A DNA stretch of 64,000 nt from an uncultured Candidatus Saccharibacteria bacterium (GCA_964577595.1 CAZNZK010000003.1:4261-68260), one strand, 5' to 3'; shown: positions 29,331 through 39,677, counted from the first letter of the stretch. The notes: generated by a model not told the origin, from the letters alone. A program made the numbers and translations.

Positions 29331-29864
29331 ATGAAAACAACGAAGTCTAAGGGTTTCACCCTCATCGAACTCTTGGTGGTCATCGCCATCATCGGCATCC
29401 TGGCCGCCATCGTTCTCGCCTCGCTCAGTACAGCTCGCACCAAAGCTCAGGCCGCTAAGGTGACAGGTCAGTTGGATGAAATGCGTAATGCTGCTGAGAT
29501 TTATTACAGCGCACAGGGTAGCTACTCAAATACAGTTGGTACTCAGGTTGCCGGTTTGGATTGTAATGTATCAACAAACTCAGGTAATCTTTTCTTGGAG
29601 ACGAGCTCAGGCATGAATGCTCTTGTTGCCGGCACCATTGCTGTTCCTGGTGTAGGTAATGCGAATATTGATTGCGGTGTTAGCGGTGCTAACGCTACGG
29701 CTTGGTCAGTAGCGAGCGCTCTTCCTGGTGGCGGTTTCTTCTGTGTTGATAGTACTGGAGTAGCCCGGTCTACCCTAGCTAACGGAGTTGCCTACAGTAA
29801 CTTGGTAAATGCTCTTGCTAATAACGGTGCACACAATACGGCAGGAAATTCTGCCTGTCAGTAA
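29331..29864 (+). CDS. type IV major pilin (prepilin with class III signal peptide)
   Basis: MKTTKSKGFTLIELLVVIAIIGILAAIVLASL: G|FTLIEL cleavage/methylation motif. Followed by a strong terminator. Confidence 0.9.
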   Translation: MKTTKSKGFTLIELLVVIAIIGILAAIVLASLSTARTKAQAAKVTGQLDEMRNAAEIYYSAQGSYSNTVGTQVAGLDCNVSTNSGNLFLETSSGMNALVAGTIAVPGVGNANIDCGVSGANATAWSVASALPGGGFFCVDSTGVARSTLANGVAYSNLVNALANNGAHNTAGNSACQ

Positions 29865-29885
29865 ACGAGTTAAGATTTGTGAAGA

Positions 29886-29913
29886 AAAAGCCCCTGATGG
29901 GGCTTTTTCTTTG
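29886..29913 (+). terminator. rho-independent terminator after pilin gene
   Basis: aaaaaGCCCCtgatGGGGCttttttctttg. Confidence 0.8.
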
Positions 29914-29979
29914 TACGGAATTAGAATTTATTCCACACCCTAGATTCTGTGTTATTATACAGGTTAACTTTTACTATTC

Positions 29980-31728
29980 ATGAAAGCACTAATGAAGTCA
30001 TATAATCGGTTGAAAGTGTTTTTCATCACAATTTTTAAGCGTACAAATAACTATTTAGAATCGCGCAGTCGGTTACGTACTTTTGTGGTTTTTTCTTTCT
30101 TTTTTCTAGTATTTTTTTGGGCATACTTTTACGTAAGCACTGTTTCGTCGTCTGATGATCAGTTTTTCCATTTCCGTTTTGCCCAGCAAATGCTCCAGAA
30201 CGGCGTCCTCAATTCATTTTGGCATTTTAAGGCGATTTATTTTACCAACAACGCAATCGATCATAGTTGGTTTATCTATTACAATTTTCTCTTCTATATT
30301 GTTCTCATTCCATTTACGTTCATCGTGCCGCTCTTCCTGGGTATGAAATTGTTCGCGGTTTTGAGCGCGGCATTCGTGTTTACGACACTTTACTGGTGTG
30401 CCAAGCGTTTTGGCGTGCGCTATCCGTTCGCGGGCACGATGGTGGTTTTTGCCATAATCAGCTCGTTTTCTATATGGCGTTTTTTCCTTTCACGGCCGTA
30501 TACCGTCGCTCCGGCCCTCATGCTTATCTTGCTCTATTTTCTCTATCGCCGGTGGTATACGGCGCAGTTCGTTCTCAGTTTCCTGTATCTCTACTGGCAC
30601 TGCTCAACGTTTTTCTTTCCGCTCATCGTGGTGGTTTCGTATTTTCTGTTCTCGGCAATCTATGGCGAGAAAATTGATTGGAAAAGTATTTTTGCGGTGT
30701 TTGGTGGCGTTGCGGCGGCTATTGGCTTTTCGTATGTTATCTCTCCCGGGTTTTTAACATTCGTTAAAGACACGGAAATCGGGATTTATTGGGAGACTAT
30801 CATCGGCAAGAAGGTACCTTTGCCGGAGGGTGGAGAGCTCTACCCCGTGGATTTTTTCAGTTTTCTTCAGCAGAATACGCTGTTGGTTTCCGGCATGCTC
30901 ATCGGCGTGGTGGTGGAAATCAAAAAGTATTTTATTTTTCGTAAGAAAAAACAAAATAGGGAAGTGCCGGCCGAATCAGTTTCCGCCGATTCTAAACAGT
31001 TAGCGGTGTTGCGGGCCACCCTCTTTTTTCTTTCCATAGGATTCTTTTTGGGTGTGATTGTCGTAAGTATGCGCTTTGCTGATTTCTTCGTGTTTTTCGC
31101 CGGCTTCTATCTGATTATGGCCTTCGGGGCGATCCTTGCCGATATTAAAATCAGTACCGACTATATCCGTAAAAGCATAGTAGTTGGACTATGCGTCGTT
31201 ATCTGTTACTTATTCATTTCTAATATTCTTCTACTTCAAACACAATTTGCTTTAGGGGGTATAGCGCCGGACATGATGGAACAAACGGGGGAATGGCTCG
31301 CCGCTCATACCCAGAAAGGTGACGTTGTCTTTAATGCCAGTTGGAATTGGTTCCCACAACTTTATTATTGGAGCCCTAATAATAATTATGTCATTGGTTT
31401 GGAGCCGCGCTTTTTATACGTCTATAACCCGCAGCTCTACTGGGAATGGTGGCATATGACTACCGACGGCTACATATGCACTACTCAAAACTGCCCCACC
31501 CAGGATGCGGCCCAGAAAACAGGCTACACCAACGCCGGTATAAAGGGCTGGGAGAAAACGGAAGGGGATTTGGTGGCCAAAACAATCCTTACTGATTTTC
31601 ACTCAAAATATATTGTCACGGCGCAGGGGCTTTATCAGCGATTCGGTATTCTATTGGCCAATAACAGTCACTTCAAACTCGTTCTCACGGATACGCACGG
31701 GTATCAGATCTATCAGGTATTACCGTAA
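29980..31728 (+). CDS. GT-C fold membrane glycosyltransferase (ArnT/PMT-like, YkcB-like)
   Basis: 582 aa with about 12 TM segments. The first extracytoplasmic loop carries SSDDQFFHFRFAQQMLQNG, matching the D-E/D..Y...A..M..G signature of GT39/GT83 enzymes. Confidence 0.6.
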   Translation: MKALMKSYNRLKVFFITIFKRTNNYLESRSRLRTFVVFSFFFLVFFWAYFYVSTVSSSDDQFFHFRFAQQMLQNGVLNSFWHFKAIYFTNNAIDHSWFIYYNFLFYIVLIPFTFIVPLFLGMKLFAVLSAAFVFTTLYWCAKRFGVRYPFAGTMVVFAIISSFSIWRFFLSRPYTVAPALMLILLYFLYRRWYTAQFVLSFLYLYWHCSTFFFPLIVVVSYFLFSAIYGEKIDWKSIFAVFGGVAAAIGFSYVISPGFLTFVKDTEIGIYWETIIGKKVPLPEGGELYPVDFFSFLQQNTLLVSGMLIGVVVEIKKYFIFRKKKQNREVPAESVSADSKQLAVLRATLFFLSIGFFLGVIVVSMRFADFFVFFAGFYLIMAFGAILADIKISTDYIRKSIVVGLCVVICYLFISNILLLQTQFALGGIAPDMMEQTGEWLAAHTQKGDVVFNASWNWFPQLYYWSPNNNYVIGLEPRFLYVYNPQLYWEWWHMTTDGYICTTQNCPTQDAAQKTGYTNAGIKGWEKTEGDLVAKTILTDFHSKYIVTAQGLYQRFGILLANNSHFKLVLTDTHGYQIYQVLP

Positions 31729-31763
31729 TCCGCCCCTCATTTGCTATAATTGACGGGCGTATT

Positions 31764-32543
31764 ATGCCTCTGGCCCTTATTATTTTATTCGCCTTTATTC
31801 TGGGCACTATCATCGGTAGTTTTTTGAATGTCATCATTTTGCGCTGGAATACGGGCGCGAGTATTGCCGTTGACCGGTCGCGTTGTTTTTCCTGCGGTAA
31901 AACACTGACGTGGTATGAACTCGTGCCGCTTTTCAGTTTCTTGGTGCAGGGCGGGAAGTGTCGCGGCTGTGGTTCGCGCATAAGCTGGCAATACCCGCTG
32001 GTGGAATGTGTGACAGGCCTGCTCTTTGCCCTCACAGCGTGGCTTTTTCCGCCTTTGACCGCTTTGGCTATGGCGACCGACGCTCTCTACTTTGCGGCCT
32101 GGAGCGTGTTGGTGATTATTACGGTCTACGATTTGCGCCATAAAATTATTCCTGACACCTTCAGCTATCTTTTTGCCCTCATTGGGTTAGCGGTGCTGGT
32201 TTTGCATGTTGCTAGCGGCGGCACGCTTGATTGGTGGAATGTGGCGGCCGGCCCTCTGCTCGCATTGCCGCTATTTCTCCTGTGGCTCGTTTCTGGCGGC
32301 CGTTGGATGGGCTTGGGCGACCCGAAGCTCGTGCTGGGCATTGGCTGGCTCCTGGGCCTAGATGGCGGGGGAGCCGCGCTGGTGTTGGCGTTCTGGATAG
32401 GGGCGATTGTTGGCATCGGGCTCATTATCGCTCGCCGAGTGGGCCTTAAGAGCGAGATTCCTTTCGCCCCATTCCTTATTGCCGGCACGCTCATTTGTTT
32501 TGCCACAGGTCTCACTTTCACCGGCTTAGTGGCGCTCATATAA
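31764..32543 (+). CDS. pilD: prepilin peptidase PilD (A24 family)
   Basis: N-terminal tetracysteine (CFSCGK...CRGCG). Catalytic Asp motifs (..VYDLRHKIIPD.. and GLGDPKL). Confidence 0.85.
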   Translation: MPLALIILFAFILGTIIGSFLNVIILRWNTGASIAVDRSRCFSCGKTLTWYELVPLFSFLVQGGKCRGCGSRISWQYPLVECVTGLLFALTAWLFPPLTALAMATDALYFAAWSVLVIITVYDLRHKIIPDTFSYLFALIGLAVLVLHVASGGTLDWWNVAAGPLLALPLFLLWLVSGGRWMGLGDPKLVLGIGWLLGLDGGGAALVLAFWIGAIVGIGLIIARRVGLKSEIPFAPFLIAGTLICFATGLTFTGLVALI

Positions 32544-32547
32544 AATC

Positions 32548-33225
32548 ATGAATTTTTTCAAGAAAAACGGATTTACGCTCGTGGAGCTCATGGTGGCCAT
32601 CAGTATCTACATTATTATGTCGGTGCTTCTTTTGGCCAGTCAGGATAAATTCAACAGCGGCATTTCTTTTTCCAACCTGGGCTACGATATTGCCCTTACA
32701 ATGCGCCAGGCTCAAACCTATGGCTACGCGGTGCGAGCCACTAGTGGCGGGACATTCGCCAATGCCTACGGCCTGCATTTTGCCGCTAATAATTCCAACA
32801 GCTTCGCGCTCTTTTATGAGCCGATTCTTACGGCTGGAGGGGCGTCAACCGGCGTTTTGCCCGCTACTAATCAGCCTTACCCGTACACCAATAATTTACA
32901 AACCGTTTCCACCTACGCTCTGCAAAATGGCTATCAGATCTCCCGGCTTTGCTATGCCGCAATCAACGATTGTGGTAAAAATGTCACCACGCCCCAAGGC
33001 TGTACCTCTATGAGTCCGGGGAATTCGCTGGATACCGACTACTTGGACATTGTCTTTCAGCGCCCGAATACCACAGCATTTATGTTTAGTTCCGCTCAAA
33101 ATGGAACCCTTCTCACAGAAGGAGCGATTGAACTAACTTCGCCAGTCGGCGAGAAAGAATGTATTAGCGTTTTTCAAAGCGGCGATATTGAGGTGAGTCC
33201 AATTTCCGCAGCCGTGCCTTCATAA
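32548..33225 (+). CDS. minor pilin / pseudopilin
   Basis: MNFFKKNGFTLVELMVAISIYIIMSV prepilin N-terminus. Confidence 0.8.
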   Translation: MNFFKKNGFTLVELMVAISIYIIMSVLLLASQDKFNSGISFSNLGYDIALTMRQAQTYGYAVRATSGGTFANAYGLHFAANNSNSFALFYEPILTAGGASTGVLPATNQPYPYTNNLQTVSTYALQNGYQISRLCYAAINDCGKNVTTPQGCTSMSPGNSLDTDYLDIVFQRPNTTAFMFSSAQNGTLLTEGAIELTSPVGEKECISVFQSGDIEVSPISAAVPS

Positions 33226-33226
33226 T

Positions 33227-33859
33227 ATGATTTTTCATCCTTCTCAACCAAATAAAAAGAATGTAAACGGCGGCTTTACTCTGGTGGAGGTGCTTGTGTC
33301 ACTCATTATTTTTTCCGTGGTGGTGGTGATGGCCGTGGGTGCCGTCTTCTCATTAGTGGATGCCGGTGAAAAAGCCCGCTCACTCAATTCCGTCATGGGC
33401 AACCTCAACACCGCTCTGGAAACCATGGCCGACACGGTGCGTTTTGGTAATACTTTTTCGGGTTTTAGTGCAGTGACCGTTGACTCCGGCTCGTGTCAGA
33501 ATGGTCAACCAGTATCGGCGCTGTATTTTGTGCCAGCTCCCAACACGGTGCTCACTGCTCCGGTGGGCAATGACAACACGGGTGGTTTGGGTGTTACTGG
33601 TATGGTCTACGGGCTTGATAACAATCAAATAGTGGAAAGAGTTAGTTATGGAAACACTGGTGGTGGTCAGTGGTCACCAACTCCTATCCCTGTCACCGCA
33701 AATGAAGTACATATTCAAAGTATGACGTTTTGGATTTATAACTGTTATCCAACGGCTCCCCTTAAATCCTATGTCCTCATGTCGGTTGCTGGCTACGCTG
33801 AAACTCGCCAGAACGACAAGGTGAGTTTTAATATTCAAACCACAATGACCGCCCGCTAA
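33227..33859 (+). CDS. minor pilin / pseudopilin
   Basis: ..NGGFTLVEVLVSLIIFSVVV prepilin N-terminus. Confidence 0.8.
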   Translation: MIFHPSQPNKKNVNGGFTLVEVLVSLIIFSVVVVMAVGAVFSLVDAGEKARSLNSVMGNLNTALETMADTVRFGNTFSGFSAVTVDSGSCQNGQPVSALYFVPAPNTVLTAPVGNDNTGGLGVTGMVYGLDNNQIVERVSYGNTGGGQWSPTPIPVTANEVHIQSMTFWIYNCYPTAPLKSYVLMSVAGYAETRQNDKVSFNIQTTMTAR

Positions 33860-33860
33860 T

Positions 33861-34538
33861 ATGTTTTTACGCAATTCACCACAAAAAAAAGGATGCGCCG
33901 CTAAAAAAGGATTTACGTTGCTGGAAACCCTGGTGGCTATTTCCATTATCGGCATCGCTCTGGTGGCAGCCACGGCGGCCTTACAAAATAGTTTGCAAAC
34001 GTCCAATTTCGTGAAGGATCAAATTTCAGCTTATTACCTGGCCGAAGATGCTATGGAATATGTTGTCGCTTTGCGTGATGCGGGCGCGGCTACGCAGGGT
34101 TGGACAAGTAGTCTTTTGCCGTGTATCACCACTATCGACGTGACAGCGGCAAATGCCAGTCTTTTTTGCGCGACGGACACGTTTAATAATACAATCCAAA
34201 ATTACTACGATCACACTAAAACCGCCATTAGCTCGGGTGTACTTGGGGTTTCTGGTACGCCGCTCTCAGACGTATTCTTTACTCCTTTATACTCGTGCCT
34301 CGATGCGGCATCGGGAGCGACTGTTTTTGAACAGCCTGCATCTCCCATTCCTGGTAATTGCCAGGTTACGAAATTCACGCGAAAAGTCACCATCACGCCC
34401 ATCCAACTCACGTCAGTCGGTACCGGCGATGCAAATGCTTATAGCGAAATGATTGTTACTGTGACGGTGTCGTGGGGGAGTGGGCCGCAGAAGTATGTGC
34501 TTTCAGAAGATTTGTATAATTGGCAGCCGGCGTCATAA
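33861..34538 (+). CDS. minor pilin / pseudopilin
   Basis: ..KKGFTLLETLVAISIIGIALVA prepilin N-terminus. Confidence 0.8.
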   Translation: MFLRNSPQKKGCAAKKGFTLLETLVAISIIGIALVAATAALQNSLQTSNFVKDQISAYYLAEDAMEYVVALRDAGAATQGWTSSLLPCITTIDVTAANASLFCATDTFNNTIQNYYDHTKTAISSGVLGVSGTPLSDVFFTPLYSCLDAASGATVFEQPASPIPGNCQVTKFTRKVTITPIQLTSVGTGDANAYSEMIVTVTVSWGSGPQKYVLSEDLYNWQPAS

Positions 34539-34539
34539 T

Positions 34540-35880
34540 ATGAAAAATTCTTTTCAAAAAAACGGTTTTGCTCTTCTCTACGCTGTTCTAGTAACGGGGG
34601 CGCTTATGAGCTTGGTTTTTGCCACGCTTAATATCGTGTACAAACAAGCCGCACTTTCTAATTTGACTAAAAATTCCGCAGTCGCTTTTTACGCTGCCGA
34701 CAGCGGTATAGAGTGTGGTCGTTACTGGAGCGCTTACGGCGCGTTTAATACTGGCAACCCCGCGGTTAACAATAATCCTGTCAGTAGTGGCCCATTTTCC
34801 ACTCTTGATTGTGCGGGGAATACGCCATCCTCCCTTTCCATCAATGCGGCGCTGGTTAATCCTCTCACGCTTAATTCCGGTTCTTCTCCTTTGTATGATC
34901 CTGCTTTTCCATTTTCCAATCCTGCTGAGTTGTCGTACTCGTTGAGTAACGTGTACTCCGGTGTCTCTAATGCGCCGCAGGCCGACGTAACTATTTGGCA
35001 GAATGGCCAGTTTGCTCCCGACGCAACACAGAGTTATTTTACTACCGCCATTCTTTCTACTGGTTCAAATAATAACAATTCAAGTGATCCCTTGCGCGTT
35101 CAGCGTGGTGTGGGTACGGAAGCGGCTATCACGCAATGCCTGGCGCCGGCGTTTACCTTTGGGCTAAATGGAAAGTATCCAAACTCACTATGGACAGGCT
35201 ACCAGACTTTCACTTCAATTGTCACACCATTTTTTCCTGGTATGGGCATCAACGCTCTTGGTGTTCGTCTCGGCGCCACTCTGGTAAATAACAAAACACT
35301 CCTTCCGTCAAATTTTTTTCCGTATCTATCATATTTTTCGGCGGATAATTGGAAGTTTACTCCCCAAAGTGTCGCTAATGCTCCGGCAGTGATTTCTGTG
35401 ACGGCGACCTTGCTGCAAGTGCCCTCTAGTCCTCATTATCAGTTTGGTTATTATGTTGGAGACGGATTAAATACTGCGGCGGCGGTAAGCTCTTTTGTGC
35501 CGATTGCGGATAATGAAAATGGTTCTTTTACGGTTGCCATACCAGCAAGTCAAGATGTGCATTTTGCCGTCTGTACGTTTACGGATAGTGACACTATTGC
35601 TTCGTGTCATGACAGTTATGCAAGCGGTAGTGATGCCTCATTTGCGTTTTGGTCTACGGATTTTTCGGCTAATACGACCGACTCTGCTCACGCACACACT
35701 ATTTCTCTTTCGTTGCCGATGCCTAATACCCCTTCTGGGCTGATTCAAAATCCAGGAGATCCAACCAATACTAGAATAGGGGGAAAATATGTCTTCGGTT
35801 TCGATACTGGTAGTAGTATTAGCAATGCATCTACCTACGCTAACGTGGTTGTTTTGTTACAGCTTGTCGGTTGCCCATAG
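34540..35880 (+). CDS. minor pilin (PilX-like, large)
   Basis: Start moved to MKNSFQKNGFALLYAVLVTGALMSL at 34540. The track ORF from 34480 overlaps the previous gene. Confidence 0.7.
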   Translation: MKNSFQKNGFALLYAVLVTGALMSLVFATLNIVYKQAALSNLTKNSAVAFYAADSGIECGRYWSAYGAFNTGNPAVNNNPVSSGPFSTLDCAGNTPSSLSINAALVNPLTLNSGSSPLYDPAFPFSNPAELSYSLSNVYSGVSNAPQADVTIWQNGQFAPDATQSYFTTAILSTGSNNNNSSDPLRVQRGVGTEAAITQCLAPAFTFGLNGKYPNSLWTGYQTFTSIVTPFFPGMGINALGVRLGATLVNNKTLLPSNFFPYLSYFSADNWKFTPQSVANAPAVISVTATLLQVPSSPHYQFGYYVGDGLNTAAAVSSFVPIADNENGSFTVAIPASQDVHFAVCTFTDSDTIASCHDSYASGSDASFAFWSTDFSANTTDSAHAHTISLSLPMPNTPSGLIQNPGDPTNTRIGGKYVFGFDTGSSISNASTYANVVVLLQLVGCP

Positions 35881-35932
35881 GGCGCGGCTCAAAATCGCGC
35901 TGTGCATAACTTTAAAAGTGCTGCGGGGTATA

Positions 35933-38900
35933 ATGAACCTACTTATTAAAGGGGCGGTTTCGCTATTATTCATAATTTTTATCATGATGTTCACTAAATT
36001 TTTGAAGATTGTCACGGGAGCAGCTCTGTCGTTTGTAGTTGTAGCGGTAGCGGGGCAAACGAGTGTTGCTCAGGCGCAAAGTATTGCGACCCCCTCAATT
36101 TTCATAAGCAATCTTAGCTTAAACCAATCTTCGGTGGCGGCCGGCGGCATCATCACCGGTTCATTCCTGGCTACTAACGGTTCAGCCAATAGTGCTGCCA
36201 ACATCACGTACTCAGTGTCGTTGGTGGGAAATATAGAAAAAAATGGCCTTATCGCCGATAGTACCTATGATAGTAAAAATTTTGGCCCGCTCTTTTTTAC
36301 AGCGCACGAAAAAAAGCAGGTGAAATTTAGCTACACCTTACCATCTGGCACGAGCGGTGCCAAGCTCGGTATTGAAATACTGATTTCTCAGGCGGGCAAC
36401 GAGCCGCTTGGTTGGGACATCGCTTCGCTGGCCGTAACGGGTGGTAGTTCGGTCGTGCCCGCAGTAACCATCACCACAGTTTCTTTGAAGGTGGCCAGTA
36501 GTACTTTTGATGTTCTCTCTGGTCCTACGGTTCAGAGCGGCCAGCCAATCGCCCTTCAGTTTTCCGCAAAAAGTAGTGTGGCAACAACACTTATTCCTAA
36601 AATCAGTATCTATTCTTTTGATTATTCTGGCCAGCCGATAGTTGTTTCCAATATGCCGGCGATACCGGTGACGGCGGCCTCGGCGCCGCAGAATTTTTCT
36701 GTGGACATGAGCTCGCTCGTTTCCAAGCCGCAAGTGTATGCCGGCCAGGCGGTTTTGACCACAACTGATGGCGTTGCGGTTAGTCCAATTATTTTTTTCC
36801 GCTACATTGTTGGTGGCTCGGTTTACAACCTGCGCTCAGTTACTGCTGACAAAACGGCCGTGGTTAATGGGGGTACTGTGGCGATTACAGTAAGCTACAG
36901 TGGTACGCCAGCCGTCCTCACATCAAATGGTGACATGGCTTCTTCCTCTGTTTCTTCGGGTACTGCAACAGTCGCCGCTACGCTTTACAACGAACACAAC
37001 CAAGAAATTGGCAGTGCAAAGCAAGATGTTGATTTTAGCCAGAGTGGCAATGTAACTTTGCCTGTTATAGTAAACGCTAGTGCCAACGCTTTACGAACCG
37101 TAGTGACCGTAACGAAAAATGGTGTGGTTGTTGTTAATTATGGTGGCGATCTTTCTCCCAACTTTGCCGCGGAAGCACAAGAAGCAATCGCTGCCGGTCC
37201 CGCGACGACCGCGGGTTCCCAGGGAACGCAAGCGATGCTTGAAGATGTGGGATTTTTGGTTTTGGCGATTTTTATTCTCTGCTCTGTCTGGTATTTAAAA
37301 CGGCGCTCGCGAAACAATGACGACACAAACCAACCGCCATTTTCGCCAATCGCTATGCTCCTAGCTATTTTGATCGGTACGAGCTTTCTGGCTGGCGGAG
37401 TAACTGTTTCTCATGCCGATCTTAGTCAAAACATTACTTCGTGTGGCGGTACAAATTTAAAATGCACAGTTTTGGATGGTCACTATAACGCTTCTTCGTA
37501 TGTCAGTGGCTACAACATGAATTTCCAACTCAATAAGCCTACCGACAACGTTCCGGTCGGAGTGCAATTTCCATTGAGCTTTATTCTCGACGACTCCACT
37601 TGCCAAAATAAGGCATACAACGTGGTGTATTATGTTCAATACGGCGCACCAACCGGAGCAAATAATCCTTACGATGCTTCAATACCGGTATATAGCCAGG
37701 ATGCCTGGGGCACTATTGGCACAGCATCGGGCGGCACTAATAAGCACGTGGGTCGAATTCTCACTGGTGGAACATACGTGATTGGGCCCAATAGTGCTGG
37801 TGGCGCGCAGAACAATAGCGATGATTCGGCTTCTTCTGGTCAGGAATTTACCGCTCTTGACGCTCAGCAAGTAGCATCTTATGGCGGCAAAAACACCATG
37901 ACAATTTATTTTGCCGAGGAGCCGGTAGGGTTTGATGCGAAAAAACTTCCTCACATGTATGCTCAAGCCAAGGCAAGTGGTGATTTTAGTGCTTTCAGGC
38001 CTATTGTTAGTGGCGGCTATAGTAACAACTACGCATACCTAATTCTTACAGTCGCCCCCATCACCGACACGATGCCGGTGGGGGCGCTTGGGACTGTAAT
38101 AAATCCTCTCTTGCCATCGGCGGCTATTGCCGGTTGGGCGTGTGATATTGACGATCCGTCTGCTACAGCATTGGTTGATATTTATATGGCCACTTCCACT
38201 AATTCTTTTGAGATTGTCTATCCAAGTTATCCAGCAAATGCGCAAAACTCCGACCCGAACACCTCCTCTGCCACCATAGCCAGTAATTGCGGTGGTACTA
38301 CGGTCCACGCTTTTCTGATTCCAATCCCACCACGGTGGCAAGAGGATGGTCCAACTACGCTTAGTGTTAAGGCGTTTGCACGGAATATTAATTCTTCTGG
38401 CAATACACCATATGACTACATAAATACTACTAAAGGTCCAGGTTCTGACCCAGAGCCATTCCCGGTGTATGGTGGCTCGCACGTCTTGCCTATACAAACA
38501 TTTACCCCTCCCACACCCATCGCCCCAACAGCTTCCGGCGTCTGCGTGAATAATATTCCCGTCCTCTCGCTCAGCTGGAGTTCTATGACCGATAGTCAAA
38601 GTGTTAATGGTGACACTCTAAGTCAGGGTGTGGCCGGATACCAATTACAGATTTCCACAGATTCAGCATTTGGTTCAGAATCGACGAAAAAAATTGGTAG
38701 CCAAAATACGACCCAAGCGACCATTTCTGGTACAGATAGCGGTTTCACTCCAGCATTAACTATTGCTCTGAACACACAGTATTATGCCCGCATTGTGTAT
38801 ATAGCCACGGGTGCCGTGGGTGCAACCGCTAATGCTACTACTCCGGCATCGTGCGGTAGTGGTGGCGGTGGTGCGCCGGTAGTCAATTTTGGCACCTCGG

Positions 38901-39631
38901 CCAGTATCTATCCTGGCGGCTCAATAGCATTAACGTGGACCGCGGTGAATCCAACGCAAGGCATCGCTCCCACGCATTGGTGGAATTGGTTCTTGCCTTC
39001 CGCATATGCTGATAGTAGCGGAATTACCTGCACTGCTTCAAATAGTTCCGGCGGATTAACCGACTCGACGACAGGCTGGAGCGGTAACGTTTCTGCGAAC
39101 GGTTCGCGCGAGGTTGGTCCATTAAGTGACAATGTTAGTCATAAAATTACCTTTAACTTAACCTGTACAAATTCAAGCGGCTCAACAACTCCTCCGCCTG
39201 TGATTGGAACTATCATTACCACTAATGGTGGTGGAACTGTACCGACTTTCAGTTTGTCATTCGCGCAAAATGGAAACCCTTGTCCGGCGAGCGGCAGTGG
39301 GCCATGCACTCCCGTCTGCAATGCTCCACTTACTATTGGTGCGCAGCAAATCAACGACTCAGATACCAGTAAAACAGATGGAACTAACTATTGCGTGGAA
39401 ACAAATGGTAGTTCGGGCTGGCCGGGCGAAACGGTATGGGAAAATTATAGTACCCTTCAGGGTGTGTCTATTCCAGTACCAAGTAAAACGCTGCAATATA
39501 CGCTCACTTGTTATAACTCGGCTGGTGCCAGTCAGCCGGCTAATGCCACAGTGAATGCGCCTACGGGGGGCTGTACTACGCAAAATCCTGGCAATGGTGG
39601 TACTACGGGCGGTAACTCGTTCCCATTCTAG
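35933..39631 (+). CDS. giant surface protein (about 1232 aa) with signal peptide and an internal TM pair, possibly pilus-associated
   Basis: Start moved to MNLLIKGAVSLLFIIFIMMFTKFL..AQA (signal peptide). Two adjacent hydrophobic helices lie near residue 450 (FLVLAIFILCSVWYL / IAMLLAILIGTSFLAGG). Both large domains are S/T/G/N-rich. Confidence 0.75.
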   Translation: MNLLIKGAVSLLFIIFIMMFTKFLKIVTGAALSFVVVAVAGQTSVAQAQSIATPSIFISNLSLNQSSVAAGGIITGSFLATNGSANSAANITYSVSLVGNIEKNGLIADSTYDSKNFGPLFFTAHEKKQVKFSYTLPSGTSGAKLGIEILISQAGNEPLGWDIASLAVTGGSSVVPAVTITTVSLKVASSTFDVLSGPTVQSGQPIALQFSAKSSVATTLIPKISIYSFDYSGQPIVVSNMPAIPVTAASAPQNFSVDMSSLVSKPQVYAGQAVLTTTDGVAVSPIIFFRYIVGGSVYNLRSVTADKTAVVNGGTVAITVSYSGTPAVLTSNGDMASSSVSSGTATVAATLYNEHNQEIGSAKQDVDFSQSGNVTLPVIVNASANALRTVVTVTKNGVVVVNYGGDLSPNFAAEAQEAIAAGPATTAGSQGTQAMLEDVGFLVLAIFILCSVWYLKRRSRNNDDTNQPPFSPIAMLLAILIGTSFLAGGVTVSHADLSQNITSCGGTNLKCTVLDGHYNASSYVSGYNMNFQLNKPTDNVPVGVQFPLSFILDDSTCQNKAYNVVYYVQYGAPTGANNPYDASIPVYSQDAWGTIGTASGGTNKHVGRILTGGTYVIGPNSAGGAQNNSDDSASSGQEFTALDAQQVASYGGKNTMTIYFAEEPVGFDAKKLPHMYAQAKASGDFSAFRPIVSGGYSNNYAYLILTVAPITDTMPVGALGTVINPLLPSAAIAGWACDIDDPSATALVDIYMATSTNSFEIVYPSYPANAQNSDPNTSSATIASNCGGTTVHAFLIPIPPRWQEDGPTTLSVKAFARNINSSGNTPYDYINTTKGPGSDPEPFPVYGGSHVLPIQTFTPPTPIAPTASGVCVNNIPVLSLSWSSMTDSQSVNGDTLSQGVAGYQLQISTDSAFGSESTKKIGSQNTTQATISGTDSGFTPALTIALNTQYYARIVYIATGAVGATANATTPASCGSGGGGAPVVNFGTSASIYPGGSIALTWTAVNPTQGIAPTHWWNWFLPSAYADSSGITCTASNSSGGLTDSTTGWSGNVSANGSREVGPLSDNVSHKITFNLTCTNSSGSTTPPPVIGTIITTNGGGTVPTFSLSFAQNGNPCPASGSGPCTPVCNAPLTIGAQQINDSDTSKTDGTNYCVETNGSSGWPGETVWENYSTLQGVSIPVPSKTLQYTLTCYNSAGASQPANATVNAPTGGCTTQNPGNGGTTGGNSFPF

Positions 39632-39647
39632 GCCGTTAGAACGTGAG

Positions 39648-39677
39648 AAAAAGCCCTCTATCGCGGGGGCTTTTTTC
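39648..39677 (+). terminator. rho-independent terminator after giant protein gene
   Basis: aaaaaGCCCtctatcgcgGGGGCttttttc. Confidence 0.6.
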
